The notes: generated by a model from the letters alone, not told the origin. DNA of 47,315 bases from Chromera velia (GCA_018398765.1 JAHBMJ010000471.1:1-47315), one strand, 5' to 3'; counted from the first letter of the stretch, positions 11,017-35,432 are shown. Numbers and translations: made by a program.

Positions 11017-12360
11017 ATGCAAAGAGAGACTAGTTCGCACCCCCTCCTCTTTGTACGCTCCTCGTATGACGAATGGGGGGACAGAAGGGTCGGAGCAGCT
11101 GCAGCATCTCAGAGTGCGAGCAGCAGAGACGGCCCGAAGTCTGCTTCCCGTCTCCAGAAGATTCGGGAGCTCCTCTACATTCCCGTGAGCGATGTCATTG
11201 CGGCATCTTGGTGCAGCGTTGGGACCATTCACAGTACAGCCTCACAGTATGGACCAGAGGAGTATCTACCCTGTTTGTATACATGTTTTGGATTGCCTAA
11301 AGGGACGAGACGTTGGTTCGTTCTGACGACCCAGTCTGTTTGGTCTTTCGTTAAGCCGCCTTCTTGGTGGGCCAGTAGATTAGATTCCTCCTCCCCTCTT
11401 TGTGTTACTGGGCGTTTGTGGTTTCCTTCCAAAATCTGTGACCTCACTTCCCCCCCAGTCCCTCATGACAGCGACAGGCGTGCCATCAAATTTGTCGATG
11501 AGGCTGGAAGGAGAACGATTGTCTTGAGATTGGACTCTGAAGAAGAGAGGGCGGGATGGTTGAATCTTCTTCAGTCTGTGGTCTTTCAGAGGCTTCACCC
11601 AGGAAGAACCAGGCGAAAGGTTGAGGAGGCCCTACTGAACGCCTCCCCCTCGCTGGTTCCCCAGAGCGCCTCCTCTGATTCTCCTCCTCCCCCCCCTCCC
11701 CACACAGTCGGAGAGAGGAGAGGCAATGAATTCCCGTCCCATCACGCTGCTCAAACCGCTGCGGATCAGGAAGACGACATTGCAACCCAGCACAGTGAGC
11801 AAGAGGCTGCATCTGCCGTCAATCGGTCTGCGAATATCTCTTCAGGGGAAGCGAGTCTTCCAATCGAGCAGCACAGAAGCCGTTCGAGGAGACATGTCCC
11901 CAGATGGACACGCGAAGGAGAGGGCGAGGGGGAGAGGGTGCAACTACTTGGAGATTCTTCTACAGTTGAGGGGGAAAGGGAAGCCGACAGAGAGGGGCAG
12001 CGCAGAAGAGAAAGAACTTTGTCCTCTTCGTCCTCTGCTATTTTGCGGAGATTCAGAGCAGACTCACGGGGGGGTGATGACGGATCGTTTGTATTTGAGG
12101 CTGTGGATTCGGGACCTGTATTTCATCGAGAGAACCCCCGAGGGCAGCAGGGGGAAAGGACAGTGGAAGAGGGCGAAGAGAATGAGCGACCGCGAGTTGT
12201 GGTGATGGGAGGGGAGATGTTCGATCTCCTGGTCCAGCGTTCCCTTCTTCAGACAGACGGTCTCCTGTTGACTGTCAATGCCGCACGTGTGATGCTGGGG
12301 TGGCGTTTTGAGGGGTGGCAATCTGTGCGGGTCGTCGGGGAAGTGGCGAGGGCTGCTTGA
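11017..12360 (+). CDS. Hypothetical protein with an N-terminal PH-domain-like region (447 aa)
   Basis: Single long ORF. The strand TRRWFVLTTQSVWSF and the helix TIVLRLDSEEERAGWLNLLQ match the PH-domain pattern (RRWFVL...A.S.EE...W...L). The C-terminal half is low-complexity. Confidence 0.7.
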   Translation: MQRETSSHPLLFVRSSYDEWGDRRVGAAAASQSASSRDGPKSASRLQKIRELLYIPVSDVIAASWCSVGTIHSTASQYGPEEYLPCLYTCFGLPKGTRRWFVLTTQSVWSFVKPPSWWASRLDSSSPLCVTGRLWFPSKICDLTSPPVPHDSDRRAIKFVDEAGRRTIVLRLDSEEERAGWLNLLQSVVFQRLHPGRTRRKVEEALLNASPSLVPQSASSDSPPPPPPHTVGERRGNEFPSHHAAQTAADQEDDIATQHSEQEAASAVNRSANISSGEASLPIEQHRSRSRRHVPRWTREGEGEGERVQLLGDSSTVEGEREADREGQRRRERTLSSSSSAILRRFRADSRGGDDGSFVFEAVDSGPVFHRENPRGQQGERTVEEGEENERPRVVVMGGEMFDLLVQRSLLQTDGLLLTVNAARVMLGWRFEGWQSVRVVGEVARAA

Positions 12361-13908
12361 AGGACTCTCTGACATTCACAGCCATACACCAACACAGAAA
12401 GACAAACCCTTGTGGGCGTACGAGAGGGAGGGAGAAAAGAGAGACACGGAGAAGGTGCAAAGGAGGAAGAGAGAAACTGAGGGAGCTTCTTTGGTTCCTT
12501 GCGTGTTTCCGTCCGTATTTAAAGAGAGCTCGAGAGGGGCCTTGGGGGTCGCCGGGAAAAGGAGGATGTACACAAACATAAGTTAAGCCTGTGGCATGCA
12601 TGCAGAGTGCATTACATGGTTCCAATACTTGTACAATATGTTTGATGCAGCCGCACTCTTCTCATTGATCATGTTGTGTGCACTCTGCAAATGGACTTGG
12701 ATTATGTTTGCGTGATTTGACCCCATTTTTCTTCCTATGTTTGTCCATGCATGTCTGCAAGTTGATGGTTGTCTCATTTTTTAGCTCATTTTTTGGGCGT
12801 TATTGCGTTTGGGGATCGAGCGCTAGATCGAGCGCATCTTCTGGTTGAGGAAGGCCTGTTAAGAAGACCTCTAGCTAGCGGTTTTTCTTTTTTCGTGAAT
12901 TGCTTCGCCTTTGTTGTTTGAGGCTTCAATGACTCGGAGCTGAGCGAACAATAGAATAACAGAGTGCAATGACGGTATACATTTAATATGACAGTGCACT
13001 GTGACATGCATAACTTATTAACTTTCCCACCTAAATTTTTACTCGGATTAGCATTGTTTTTTCCAATATCACAGTATATATTACCACACAACTTAACAGT
13101 GCATTTAATCTATGTAGTACTTCACTAGGTACTTCATCTAGTACTCTAGCTAGTACTTAATTCAATTGAATTAAATTATCATGATACTTCTAGCGATACT
13201 TATAAAAGTGCCCAGTGATTGGTCCATAAGATTCTTCAAGTTAGTACTAGTTCTTCAAATGCTTCGGTATTGCCTAATTTACACAATGTATCCCAAGTAC
13301 ATCGAATTTCCCCATGTTTAAAAACTAAAGTCGAATTAACTAGCAAATTAATTTAATTGAACTTAAAATTCCACTTAAAACTATAACAGAATAATATTTA
13401 ATTTAATGATGACCAACAGATTCAAATTTAAGCTATGAACTCAATAGTATGAACTAGGCTATGAAAGTTTAGTTATACATAGTCATACTAGCACGTCTAT
13501 GAATTACTATATATAAGTAAACTCATACAAAGTTATTTAGTGGTACAATATTTCCACCGGTGTTACTACATTGTGAAATCCAATGGATAAAGCTCCGGAG
13601 ACCCGTCATGGGGTATTTACAAAGGGGTGATCAGACCTTGAAGTTATGTATCTGATCTGATTGAGACCCCATGGTGATTTTTGATTAAATTGAAGACGCG
13701 AATTCTCTCGATGGCAGACTCTCGCACTTCAAATTTAAAGTCAAAATTCAAATCCGTCACAGGGATGTGCAAGCTGACGGATGCTTCAGTAAGTTTAATT
13801 TAACTTGGAATCGCGTATTCATCTGGGGTGAAGATGCGAACAAAGGTCTGCAAACAAGGAAAGAGGCGGACCATTCATTGATGAGTTGACTTTGAGCTCA
13901 CACAACAG

Positions 13909-26367
<12,459 letters not shown>

Positions 26368-26598
26368 CACGGCTGAGTGTGTGTAGATGTATTATGAAAA
26401 CGAAATTGTTAGTCAGTATCTAAACTGAAGCATCAACGCCAGTTTGAATTGTGGTTCGAGATGACTCTCCTGCATGAAAAGTCTTCCATGCAGTCAGGAT
26501 GTTGCTGAACCAAGCCGTTATGGCTATTCTTTGACTTTTGACGGCCGTCTACTCATGCTGGAGAAGTCACGCTCTCTTCACAATCATTATAGTCATGC

Positions 26599-26650
26599 AT
26601 ATATATATATATATATATATGGAATATATATATATATATATATATGGAAT
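26599..26650. repeat. (TA)n microsatellite with duplicated TGGAAT interruption
   Basis: (TA)n-TGGAAT occurs twice in tandem. Confidence 0.85.
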
Positions 26651-27849
26651 TCGATCTGTATCGCGGATTATGGCGCTTGATTTCTTTTCGTTGGGGTGCA
26701 AATCCTTTTTTAGGCTGCTGTTAGGGGCGATTCTGTATTAGAAAAACTATTTTTTTATCGATAAAAAAATCGATAAAAAAATAATGTATAGCGAAGACTC
26801 GAGTTTTTTTCAGACAATTAATTGGGCAATAATACAATACAATACAATTAATTGGGCAACACTTTTTTTTTTACTTTGCGTTTTCCCCCTCGATTTGGAG
26901 TCAATTTTGGACAAAAAACTTTGAAAAAACTATTGGTGAGCACCCCTGTCACCCGTTCAAAAAAAAAAAATGATGCCACATCGATCATCAGACTGTCAGA
27001 AAAAAAATATGTAATTATACGTACTATATATATATATATATATGACGGTGCATGTACGTGCGTTTCTGTCTAATAATCCATAGAAGAGTAAGATGTATAT
27101 TGATCCGAACATGACAGAAGGAAAAGCCACACCTGCAGAAGCTTCAAACAGTAGTCTTGTGATCCATTTTCTCGCTCAAGACATGGACGGAGTCCGGTTC
27201 GTTCGGTCTCAGCATCGAAGACAGACTGTGACCAAAGCAAATTGAGACCGACGTTGACCCTCTGTTTGAATCCTGAGGAGCAACGCCAACCTCGATCGAT
27301 CTTGTCCTGGCAGACTTGGCCAACAAGGCCCTCCCATCGACTGACGACGTGACTGATCACTTTCTTTGGCACTTTTCTGGACGTGTCAGTCACTCCTCCC
27401 TCTTCTACGTAGCTCATTTTTCTTTTCCACCTGCATGCCAATATGCATATATATGCGTCCCTTTCTACTGAGAGCTGCGTGGTCCTTTCGTGATCTTCGT
27501 GGATTGTTTTGCCTTTGGACATGTTTGAGGCCTCGAACGGCGAATTTTGACTCATGCTTCCTCTGCAGGCTTTTCTGCTGACGTGCCCACGCGCCTTGTG
27601 TTTGTTTCCACAACATATTATGCATGTGTAATATGTATTTCGTTGTGTCGTCCGGCTCTCCGTTTTCACATGACTTTTTGTTTCTTGTCCCCATGCACCT
27701 CGATTTGATTCCTCGTTGCAGATCAGCGCTTGTGGCTTGACTTACGGGAAACACTCCGCCTGAAAGTCACAGCTGCTCCCTAGCTTTCCCGCATCTTTTC
27801 CAAAGAGAAAGAGCGGCAGAAACAATCGGAAGACATTGACAGAGAAGGA

Positions 27850-30800
27850 ATGCAATACGGCTCTCCAAATACTCCAACTTCCGTCCGTAAAACAGAGGAG
27901 AGAGGAGGAGTAGTCGGAAAGTCGCGTCTGAATCACTGGAAGTCCGAGTCGGTGCCAAAACTTCGAAAACCTACAAAGCGCCCTTCTTCCCCAATGCAAT
28001 CGAATCAACAGCGTTCCTTGGGTCCTCCCTTGAGGGAATCCCAGGCCAACCTTCGAGACAGGATTCGATACGGGAAGGGGAAGGATGTAAACAATCGAAC
28101 CAGTAACCCCCGCTCTCAGCAGCAGTCCCCTTCGTCATCAAGAAAGAAGCTCTTGCCGACCCCCCCTGCCGGAGTGACGAGAGAAGAATATGCACGCTTC
28201 AACAGCATTTCTCGTGCAATGGCACTTCTACGAAGAGAGAAATCGGGCTTCTTCGTGCAGATTCATCAAAATCAAAAAGAGGGCGAGCGACACAGCAACC
28301 CACCCACGAGTGGCACCACCCAGAAAAACGAGACAAAGGAGTTTTACTCTCCTCTGACGAGCCCTTTTCTCCAACGCCCCGTTGTTATTCCCTCACCCCC
28401 ACGGCAACTGCCTCCCACCACTGTAACCATGTCCCCTCCCACTCAGCCCACAGTTGTCATTGCACAGTCAACTCTCATGCCAATCCCTGTTGGAAGGGGA
28501 AACACCGTTGACACAGCGGTCACCCCCGTGGCTCCTTACGGCCTGACCGGGAGAGAATCGCCTGAAGTCCACCTGAAGGAAGAACGAATGCCAAGCGGGA
28601 ATGAATCTCAGAGGCAAAACGTTCCACAGAGCGTTCCCTTGAACACTTCCTCAAACGATCGCAGGTTTCCTTCTGTCCGATCCTTTCAGACTCTCCGAAC
28701 GCTTCCCTCCCAGCCCCTGCCCTTCCACTCAAATGCCATCCACTGGAGAGTACCCTCTTCTCAGTCAATTTCACCACCACCACCGCAGAACATGAACACT
28801 CGCCTCCCTGCTCAGACAGGCAGCGTTTCTGCCAATTCACCCGTCAGGTTGCTTCAGGGTCCTCCTGTGGTCTCCAATTTTGCTCCAGCCAAACCGTACG
28901 CTACTGCTCACATGCCCCCAGAACCCCTACAGCCTCTTGCAGGCCCACCAAGACAGGTTGCCGCCCAACTCGCCTCGCCGCCTCTCAAAGCATCGTCTTC
29001 CAGCACCCTCCCACCTTCCAGAAAACAATCCTCTGCCACTCCGGCAGCACCCACTCAGAGCGTGCCAAAGACCCATACCTCTCCCACACCTCCAGTCTTC
29101 ACCTTCTCCCCTGCACACGTACACGGACCCCGGGGACCCTTTGCCCATCCACCCTCCACTGTGTTCCTCCCTGGCCAGCCAGTCGGGGGGCCTGCCGGCG
29201 TTCCCTCCCCCCCTGCAGATGCCAAACCAACACCCGTTCCCGCGACAGCCTTCTTCGGACGTTTCCCACCAACCCTGCAGCCAGCAGACAAGCGTGTAGG
29301 GTCACTTCCAACAGGAACGATGCTGCAGGGGGGCAATCAGCCTGTCCCAACAAGATTCTCCTCTGTCATGCCTCAGTCGGCACCCCTGATTCCCGGCCCT
29401 CCAACAGTAACGGTGACGGCTTCCAAGACCGGTTCGGATCCTCAGGTTGCCAAGGGATCTCCGCCTCCCTTGGTGTCCAATCAAACCGCCGTTCTCAGAC
29501 CTTCAGTGGGACGTTCACAGATGATCGGCCTTCCCACTGGAACAGCAACAGGGCCCATGGAGCCTGGGAGAAACTGGCCGACACCTAGGTTGATGCAGTC
29601 ACATGCGTGGCCGGCAGGCACGACCACAGCGGGAATGCCTCAAGGAGCCCCGCCCTCCGTTCCCCATGCAACTCTCCTCCATCTCCCAACGACAAGCTTC
29701 GCCTTTGCAAAACTTCCAAACACAGCCTCACCCCCGCAAGGTACTAACCCACCCTTCACCTTTCCTGCAGCTACCGAGGGAGGACTCTCACGCCCTCTTC
29801 ACTTCCCCCCACACGCACAGCCGCCCCTTACCACCGCAAGTCCATGGAAGCCACCCGTCTCCACCTCCACGCTCCCCCAACCTTCTTCTCACTTTCCCCT
29901 CGCCGGACCTCCCCATCCAGTTTTTTCTCCCCCCCAAAGACTCGCGGGGGGGGGCAAGAGCACTTCCTCTCCACCGGCCCCCATGTCACCCCTACAGCCG
30001 GGACCCTCCTTCCTTGTTGCCAACGCCGAGCTTCCCCCACCCCAGCCGACCCATCCAACGATCAACCCACCATGGTCTCATCGTAAACAGAGACCCAACG
30101 CTCCAATGCAGCAGCCGCAACAATCAACCAACCCCACACCCCCAACCTGGCTACCCCCAGGGCACGAGCCCCGATCCACGCTTCCCCCACCTCAATTCCA
30201 GTCGCCCACCCGACTCCTTTCGTTCCCTCCATTCCAAATCCCCAACCGGATCCACCCTCGTCCTTTCGGCACGGTGCCGTACATGCCTCACCAAACAACC
30301 TCGCCCCATAATCTCACCGCACTCTACTCAGGCATTCCCCCCACCTCAGTGGTACCACTTCCAGCGCAGCCAACGACAAAGAAGACGACCCCCATGAGGC
30401 CTATCCCTGTGCAGAGCTTCTCTCAGCTCCAAACAGCAAGAACTGAGCGGGGAACGTTGGAATTTGGGGGAAATGTTGGGGGGACTGCAGGGGTGATCCG
30501 TGCAGGAGGCGGAGAGCCCCTGGTGGGCACCGCAACACCAACGCCAGCTCACTTCCCTGCCACGACTGTCGTGATGTCGCCCCCCGGAGTATCTCAGATC
30601 CTCACACGGCCACCCACACAGTCGATTCCCATTCTCTCGGGATATGACACTGCCTTTGTGCCACCCACCCGCACAGTCATCCGAACGACTGCCGTCTCTG
30701 CCGCCCAGGCTGAGAAGAGAGGTCAATCAGATGCGTCAGAAGAGGTCCATACAGAGACACTGGATGTCATGAAGGCAGAGCCCCCAGTACACGCGGAAGC

Positions 30801-33024
30801 CGAGGAAGGAGGGGGGGCCTCTGGGCGGGTCGACGCCCCCAAGGAAGAACCGGGGGCAGTGAGTGCGGGTCAAAACAGTGCAAAGGCGAGTGCAGGGCAG
30901 ACGAGTAGTGCAAAAGAGGAAGAACCAGAGAGGGAGGATGTGCGTGCAGAAGCAGGGGGGGGAGAATCGTCCGAAGAAGCCTCCAAAACAGACGCGAGGC
31001 TTCCCAAAACCCCGGAAGGCGCCTCTGAAAGGACGCCAAAAGGTAAGACAAGCAGGGGAACCTCTCCGCTTTCTGGAACAACGCCATCGAAACAGGTGAA
31101 TAAGACAGGCCGATCTGCAACAACCCCCAAGAAAGGGACGTCGAAGGCAGCTGGATTTGGTAAAGCGGTGTCACCTGGAAACAGAAAGGCAGGCCCGAAG
31201 GCCAAAGCAAAGTCCAAACCTGCAGAGTCTGGTGTGGCGCCACCAGGTGCCGCTGACCCTTCAACCCTCGCATTTTCCTTTTCACCAAATGGTGCCCCTT
31301 ATATTGCAGGGGATGGTGGAGACGTGTCAGTGCAGTATCCGGTTGGGGCTTCACAGAGCCTTCAGGCAAGTGAGAAGCCTGCAGACGAGGGTGCGGAGAG
31401 GGAAGAGGGGCCCAGCGGCCAAGTGCAGAGGGAGGATCAAGCAACTTCCTCTATTCAGAGCCCGGAGTTTGGGGCAGTTGGGGGAGGGGCACCATTGCAA
31501 CCGGGATTTCAGGTAGATGCACCTTTCTCAACCGGACAGTCTTCTCTGCCCTTTCCGGCAGTGCTAAAGGGGCGATGGGAAGTGAGTGGTGGTAGAGCAG
31601 GCACATTTGAGCTTGCCCTTCCGTCTCTGGATGCAATTTATGCAGCTGCACTAGCCCCTCCCTCTGGACCTGTCACACCCCCCCATGCTGTAGCAGCGGG
31701 GCTGGCAACGAAGGCAGAAAGTGGGAGGGCTGACCAGCCAAGTGGGGGGGGAATGGTGTCGATGGACATCCGAGTTGGGCATGTGAGGACGGACGATCCT
31801 GTGCACCCACCCTTCTTTGCCTTCGACAGCGGGAAGATGTTTGGTGAGAAAATGGTGGAATCAAACAGAGAAGCCATTTTGCAGTGTGCACAAACAACCG
31901 CAGACGAAGCATTCACGGCAGCGGTTCAGACACAAGAGACAGAAATGGGGGGGGTAGAAGAGAACCTCGATGCACCGATCGATCATCCGGACTTTGTCAC
32001 TCCAGCTCCCCTCAGAGGAAGAGAAAGAAAAAGCACCGACCATGCACAAGCGGGAAAGGGGGGGGGAATCAAAGACAAAGACTCCCGTGGGATTTCCGCA
32101 TCCCGCAGCGGCAGGCGATCAGCCAGTCGCCAGCGTCGTTCTCCTGTCTCCTCTCCCTCCTTAAGACAATTGAACTTCTCACCCCTCCGGCTGAACAGTC
32201 GGGGGTTTGACGTTTCCTTCAACGGCCACTTTGTGCCACCGAGCATCGCTCCCAGGGGTCCGACCAACCCCTCCCGGACCCCCTCGGCGTCCCGACGTCG
32301 ACGTCGCGTCTCTGATGTGCGGGTCGAGAGAGAGGAGAACCCCCTCAGCTCCAACAGAGAGAGTCGCTGTCGGCCTCAAAGTGGGGGGGGGAGAAACAAG
32401 TCAGCAGAAAGGGAGAGGGAGACTGCGAGAGAAGAGAAAGACCACCTCGAGATTTTGACCTCCCGTCTATCGGAGGCCGCCCTTCAGGCAATGCGGGAGA
32501 AGACCATTCCCCTCATCGTGGATGCACCTGCGGGCTGTGTCTCCTGTACGGATCGATGGATGCCCTCTTCAAGAGCAGGGACAGGAAGGACATCGGAAGA
32601 GAGGGGGGGGGAGAGGGAGGGTGTGACGGTTCCTGAAGAAGGGAGGGTGAGGAGAAGGTTCGACGTTGAGGATTTATGGATCAAGCCCGTTCAGCTGTCC
32701 AGAGAGCGGGGGTCCTACGGGAAGGTCGCCTTGGACGAGGAGCCCCTTTTCCTCCCGATCCCTGAAGAGTCCGCAAATGGGGGGGGGAATTTCAAGGAGG
32801 GGGGGGAAGACGGGCAAAAGGAGAATCAGTCTCGATTGACCGCATGCGAACTTCGCCGTCGCATTGCGGCAGAGGCATTGCTGTTGGCTGAGGAGGCGGT
32901 GCGGGCTCAGCAGGAGAATGAGGAGAGAGAGCAAGTGGATGTTGTGACAACACGGAGCAGAGAGAGGGAAAGGGAGAGAGGCCTGCAATCCAGGGGCCGC
33001 ACAAGAGGACGGGGAGAAAATTGA
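27850..33024 (+). CDS. Large Pro/Ser/Thr-rich, probably intrinsically disordered hypothetical protein (1724 aa)
   Basis: An uninterrupted 5.2-kb ORF. It has a Pro-rich N-terminal two-thirds, an acidic/Lys-rich segment, an Arg/Ser-rich segment (SRSGRRSASRQRRSP) and a short C-terminal coiled coil. No recognisable domain; upstream exons are not excluded. Confidence 0.8.
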   Translation: MQYGSPNTPTSVRKTEERGGVVGKSRLNHWKSESVPKLRKPTKRPSSPMQSNQQRSLGPPLRESQANLRDRIRYGKGKDVNNRTSNPRSQQQSPSSSRKKLLPTPPAGVTREEYARFNSISRAMALLRREKSGFFVQIHQNQKEGERHSNPPTSGTTQKNETKEFYSPLTSPFLQRPVVIPSPPRQLPPTTVTMSPPTQPTVVIAQSTLMPIPVGRGNTVDTAVTPVAPYGLTGRESPEVHLKEERMPSGNESQRQNVPQSVPLNTSSNDRRFPSVRSFQTLRTLPSQPLPFHSNAIHWRVPSSQSISPPPPQNMNTRLPAQTGSVSANSPVRLLQGPPVVSNFAPAKPYATAHMPPEPLQPLAGPPRQVAAQLASPPLKASSSSTLPPSRKQSSATPAAPTQSVPKTHTSPTPPVFTFSPAHVHGPRGPFAHPPSTVFLPGQPVGGPAGVPSPPADAKPTPVPATAFFGRFPPTLQPADKRVGSLPTGTMLQGGNQPVPTRFSSVMPQSAPLIPGPPTVTVTASKTGSDPQVAKGSPPPLVSNQTAVLRPSVGRSQMIGLPTGTATGPMEPGRNWPTPRLMQSHAWPAGTTTAGMPQGAPPSVPHATLLHLPTTSFAFAKLPNTASPPQGTNPPFTFPAATEGGLSRPLHFPPHAQPPLTTASPWKPPVSTSTLPQPSSHFPLAGPPHPVFSPPQRLAGGGKSTSSPPAPMSPLQPGPSFLVANAELPPPQPTHPTINPPWSHRKQRPNAPMQQPQQSTNPTPPTWLPPGHEPRSTLPPPQFQSPTRLLSFPPFQIPNRIHPRPFGTVPYMPHQTTSPHNLTALYSGIPPTSVVPLPAQPTTKKTTPMRPIPVQSFSQLQTARTERGTLEFGGNVGGTAGVIRAGGGEPLVGTATPTPAHFPATTVVMSPPGVSQILTRPPTQSIPILSGYDTAFVPPTRTVIRTTAVSAAQAEKRGQSDASEEVHTETLDVMKAEPPVHAEAEEGGGASGRVDAPKEEPGAVSAGQNSAKASAGQTSSAKEEEPEREDVRAEAGGGESSEEASKTDARLPKTPEGASERTPKGKTSRGTSPLSGTTPSKQVNKTGRSATTPKKGTSKAAGFGKAVSPGNRKAGPKAKAKSKPAESGVAPPGAADPSTLAFSFSPNGAPYIAGDGGDVSVQYPVGASQSLQASEKPADEGAEREEGPSGQVQREDQATSSIQSPEFGAVGGGAPLQPGFQVDAPFSTGQSSLPFPAVLKGRWEVSGGRAGTFELALPSLDAIYAAALAPPSGPVTPPHAVAAGLATKAESGRADQPSGGGMVSMDIRVGHVRTDDPVHPPFFAFDSGKMFGEKMVESNREAILQCAQTTADEAFTAAVQTQETEMGGVEENLDAPIDHPDFVTPAPLRGRERKSTDHAQAGKGGGIKDKDSRGISASRSGRRSASRQRRSPVSSPSLRQLNFSPLRLNSRGFDVSFNGHFVPPSIAPRGPTNPSRTPSASRRRRRVSDVRVEREENPLSSNRESRCRPQSGGGRNKSAERERETAREEKDHLEILTSRLSEAALQAMREKTIPLIVDAPAGCVSCTDRWMPSSRAGTGRTSEERGGEREGVTVPEEGRVRRRFDVEDLWIKPVQLSRERGSYGKVALDEEPLFLPIPEESANGGGNFKEGGEDGQKENQSRLTACELRRRIAAEALLLAEEAVRAQQENEEREQVDVVTTRSRERERERGLQSRGRTRGRGEN

Positions 33025-34625
33025 ATGAAAGAATGAGGGAGGGAAGGGGGGGGCTGACAATGACTTAAGTCTGTTGCCGTCTTTCTACGTCTCATTTACT
33101 TTCTGCTGCCTTTCTTTCTTTCTTTCTTTCTTTCTCTGTTTCGTTCTTTCACTTCTCTGCGCTCGAGGAGTGGCGGCTTGCATGACTTTCTGCCAACCGT
33201 CGTGAGTGCCTGCAGGTCTGACTCAAGCGAAGCTTCTTCCTTCTTTCCTTCCTTCCTTCCTCTCGTCCCTAGCCAGCAAGGAAGCAGTCAGAAGGATGAC
33301 GAGAGAGAGACCCTGCCTGAATCGTGGACCTTGTTTTGATTGCAACCGACCTCTCTGCAGGTTCCTCTTTTTCCTGTTTTCTTTTTTCCTTCTGCTCTGT
33401 TTGTATATCCGTCTTTCCTTTCTTTCTCGAACTTTACTGAATTTGTTTTTCTTTCTCTCGTCACTCTTTCTTCCATTCTTTGTTTGCGAAGCGACTTTCC
33501 CTTGCAACAGGTCGAGGAGGGGGGCGGCCTTCCTTCCTTTCTGTCAGCAAGTCTTTTCTGTCCATGTCTTTGCTGATCGACGGGACAAGGCAGAAAAAGA
33601 AAAGAATCACTCGATAATGAGCTGGCAGAGACAAAGAGGGGGGGAGAACATGTGCTCTTGTTGTCCTGGGGAGACAAGAGTGGATCAGAGGGGAAAGAAA
33701 ATATCAACAAGGCACGAAAGATGGCTACCCTGTCAAAAAATGAAGACTGAGAGTGGACGACCAGCACTGAGAGAGACCAGAAGAAAGTTTTGCCAGAAAA
33801 AGCTCCGGGTGCACAGATGGAGAAAATACAGACAAAATATTAATTAGACCAGTTTACCAATGAGAAAAGAGGGGGCAAGAGCTTTCCAAGAAACTCCCGC
33901 GAGAAGGTGGGAGGCCTATATTGGCGTTGACTTCTTTGCATCGCGTGACAGGAAAGGAAGAAAGACATCATCAGTAATTCGTGAGGATCGGCCCACGCAC
34001 AATCATGTGTGTTCGCTGTCAGCTCGAAGACTGGGCCGGGGTAATGGGGGACAACGGTGATGCGTCAGACTTTTGTGTTTTTTTTTTTCGTGGTGCGTGA
34101 GTCGGTGTAATTCTTGCTGTGCAGCTGCTTGATAACCTTTCGTGCAATGATCGCTCATACCGGCTTCCTTCCGCTCTTCGATTGTCGGGAAGTCATCCAC
34201 CGCACCCCCTGCAGCCTGGTGGGACATCGTCGTTGAATTGGTGCGCTTGCATGAATAACCGCAGGCAGGAAAAGAATGCATGCATGAGGGGAGATGGGGA
34301 ACATTACTTGAGGGTGCTTGTGCCAGGACGCCGCGTCTGGTGTGCAGCACGCCTCCATCAACTTTGGAAGCTGGTAACAGCATGCATATACACCGCGAAA
34401 GGTAACACTGGCAGCCGGTGGTTTATCCGGAGACTAGGCAGGCGCTTGGGGCCTTGGGCTCACTGGCAACTTGCAAATTTCGTGCGAAGTATTAATGCTA
34501 GGTCACCCTAGGTGTCGCAGCCTCACGATACGGCATATAAATGATCTGCTGGCAATACACTGAGGTTTCTGTGTTTTTTGTATGATCACAGTGGGGTCAC
34601 CGATCATATCATCTAGCATATTATG

Positions 34626-34856
34626 CTAGGCGCCGCACATTAAAAAAAAAAAAAAAGTTGGGAAAGCCTAATTTTTTTTTTCTTTTTTTTATTTCAAGTG
34701 CCTCCAAAAGGAAAAGAATCACTTTCGACTCTGAAACTTACTTTTCCACATAAAATTTGAACCTAACTTTTGACATTAAAAAAAAAAAAAAAGAAAAAAA
34801 AAATTGAGGACGCCTAATTTCTTTTTCTTTTTTTTTTTTTAATGCGCGGCGCCTAG
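34626..34856. mobile_element. MITE-like non-autonomous DNA element (231 bp) with terminal inverted repeats
   Basis: The left end CTAGGCGCCGCACATT(A)n and the right end (T)nAATGCGCGGCGCCTAG are reverse complements with 1 mismatch. The interior is AT-rich and non-coding. The terminal TA or CTAG could be the target-site duplication. Confidence 0.65.
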
Positions 34857-35432
34857 ATATCATGCATGCAACGCTACAATTTAGTATCCTTAAATATATT
34901 AAAAAACTTGATTTTATTACCTGAATGATGATTTAGGCTGTTATTTAGTTACTGTTGAAATTCAATTTTAAGTTTTAGCTATAAGTTTGTACCACTTTGT
35001 AGATATATGTTTTATCAAAAAGTCTAGAAAAAAGTAAAATTTAAATAGCTACAGTTTTAACTTTCAAACACAGTTAGCTTTAGCTAGTTTAAAGCAATAT
35101 TTTGGTACTAAAAATTAGTCTAAAATACATATGACTACGCAATGGCGTATAATCAATTAAATTAATGGACATTAAATTGTTTACAAATAGATTACACGTA
35201 AAAGTATAATCTCTTTTAACATAATTTTAAAACAGACAAACAACCAATGTCAAAATAAGTCGATAATATTAATGCTAGTTGAAATGCTATGCTCGGGCTA
35301 CTTGTTATCTAGAGTGCTACACAAACGTGTTCATATCCACTGACACGCAGGTGTACAAAAAAGCAACTTCATTGAAAAATATACTGAAAACATGCTTCCT
35401 TTTTCTGCTTCATGCAGCCTTTACCTAGGCCC

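Noticed and set aside
27070..27669. 199-aa minus-strand ORF, and similarly 4556-5113 +
   Set aside because: Non-ATG starts, no motifs and no clear coding bias; more likely UTR or intergenic DNA.
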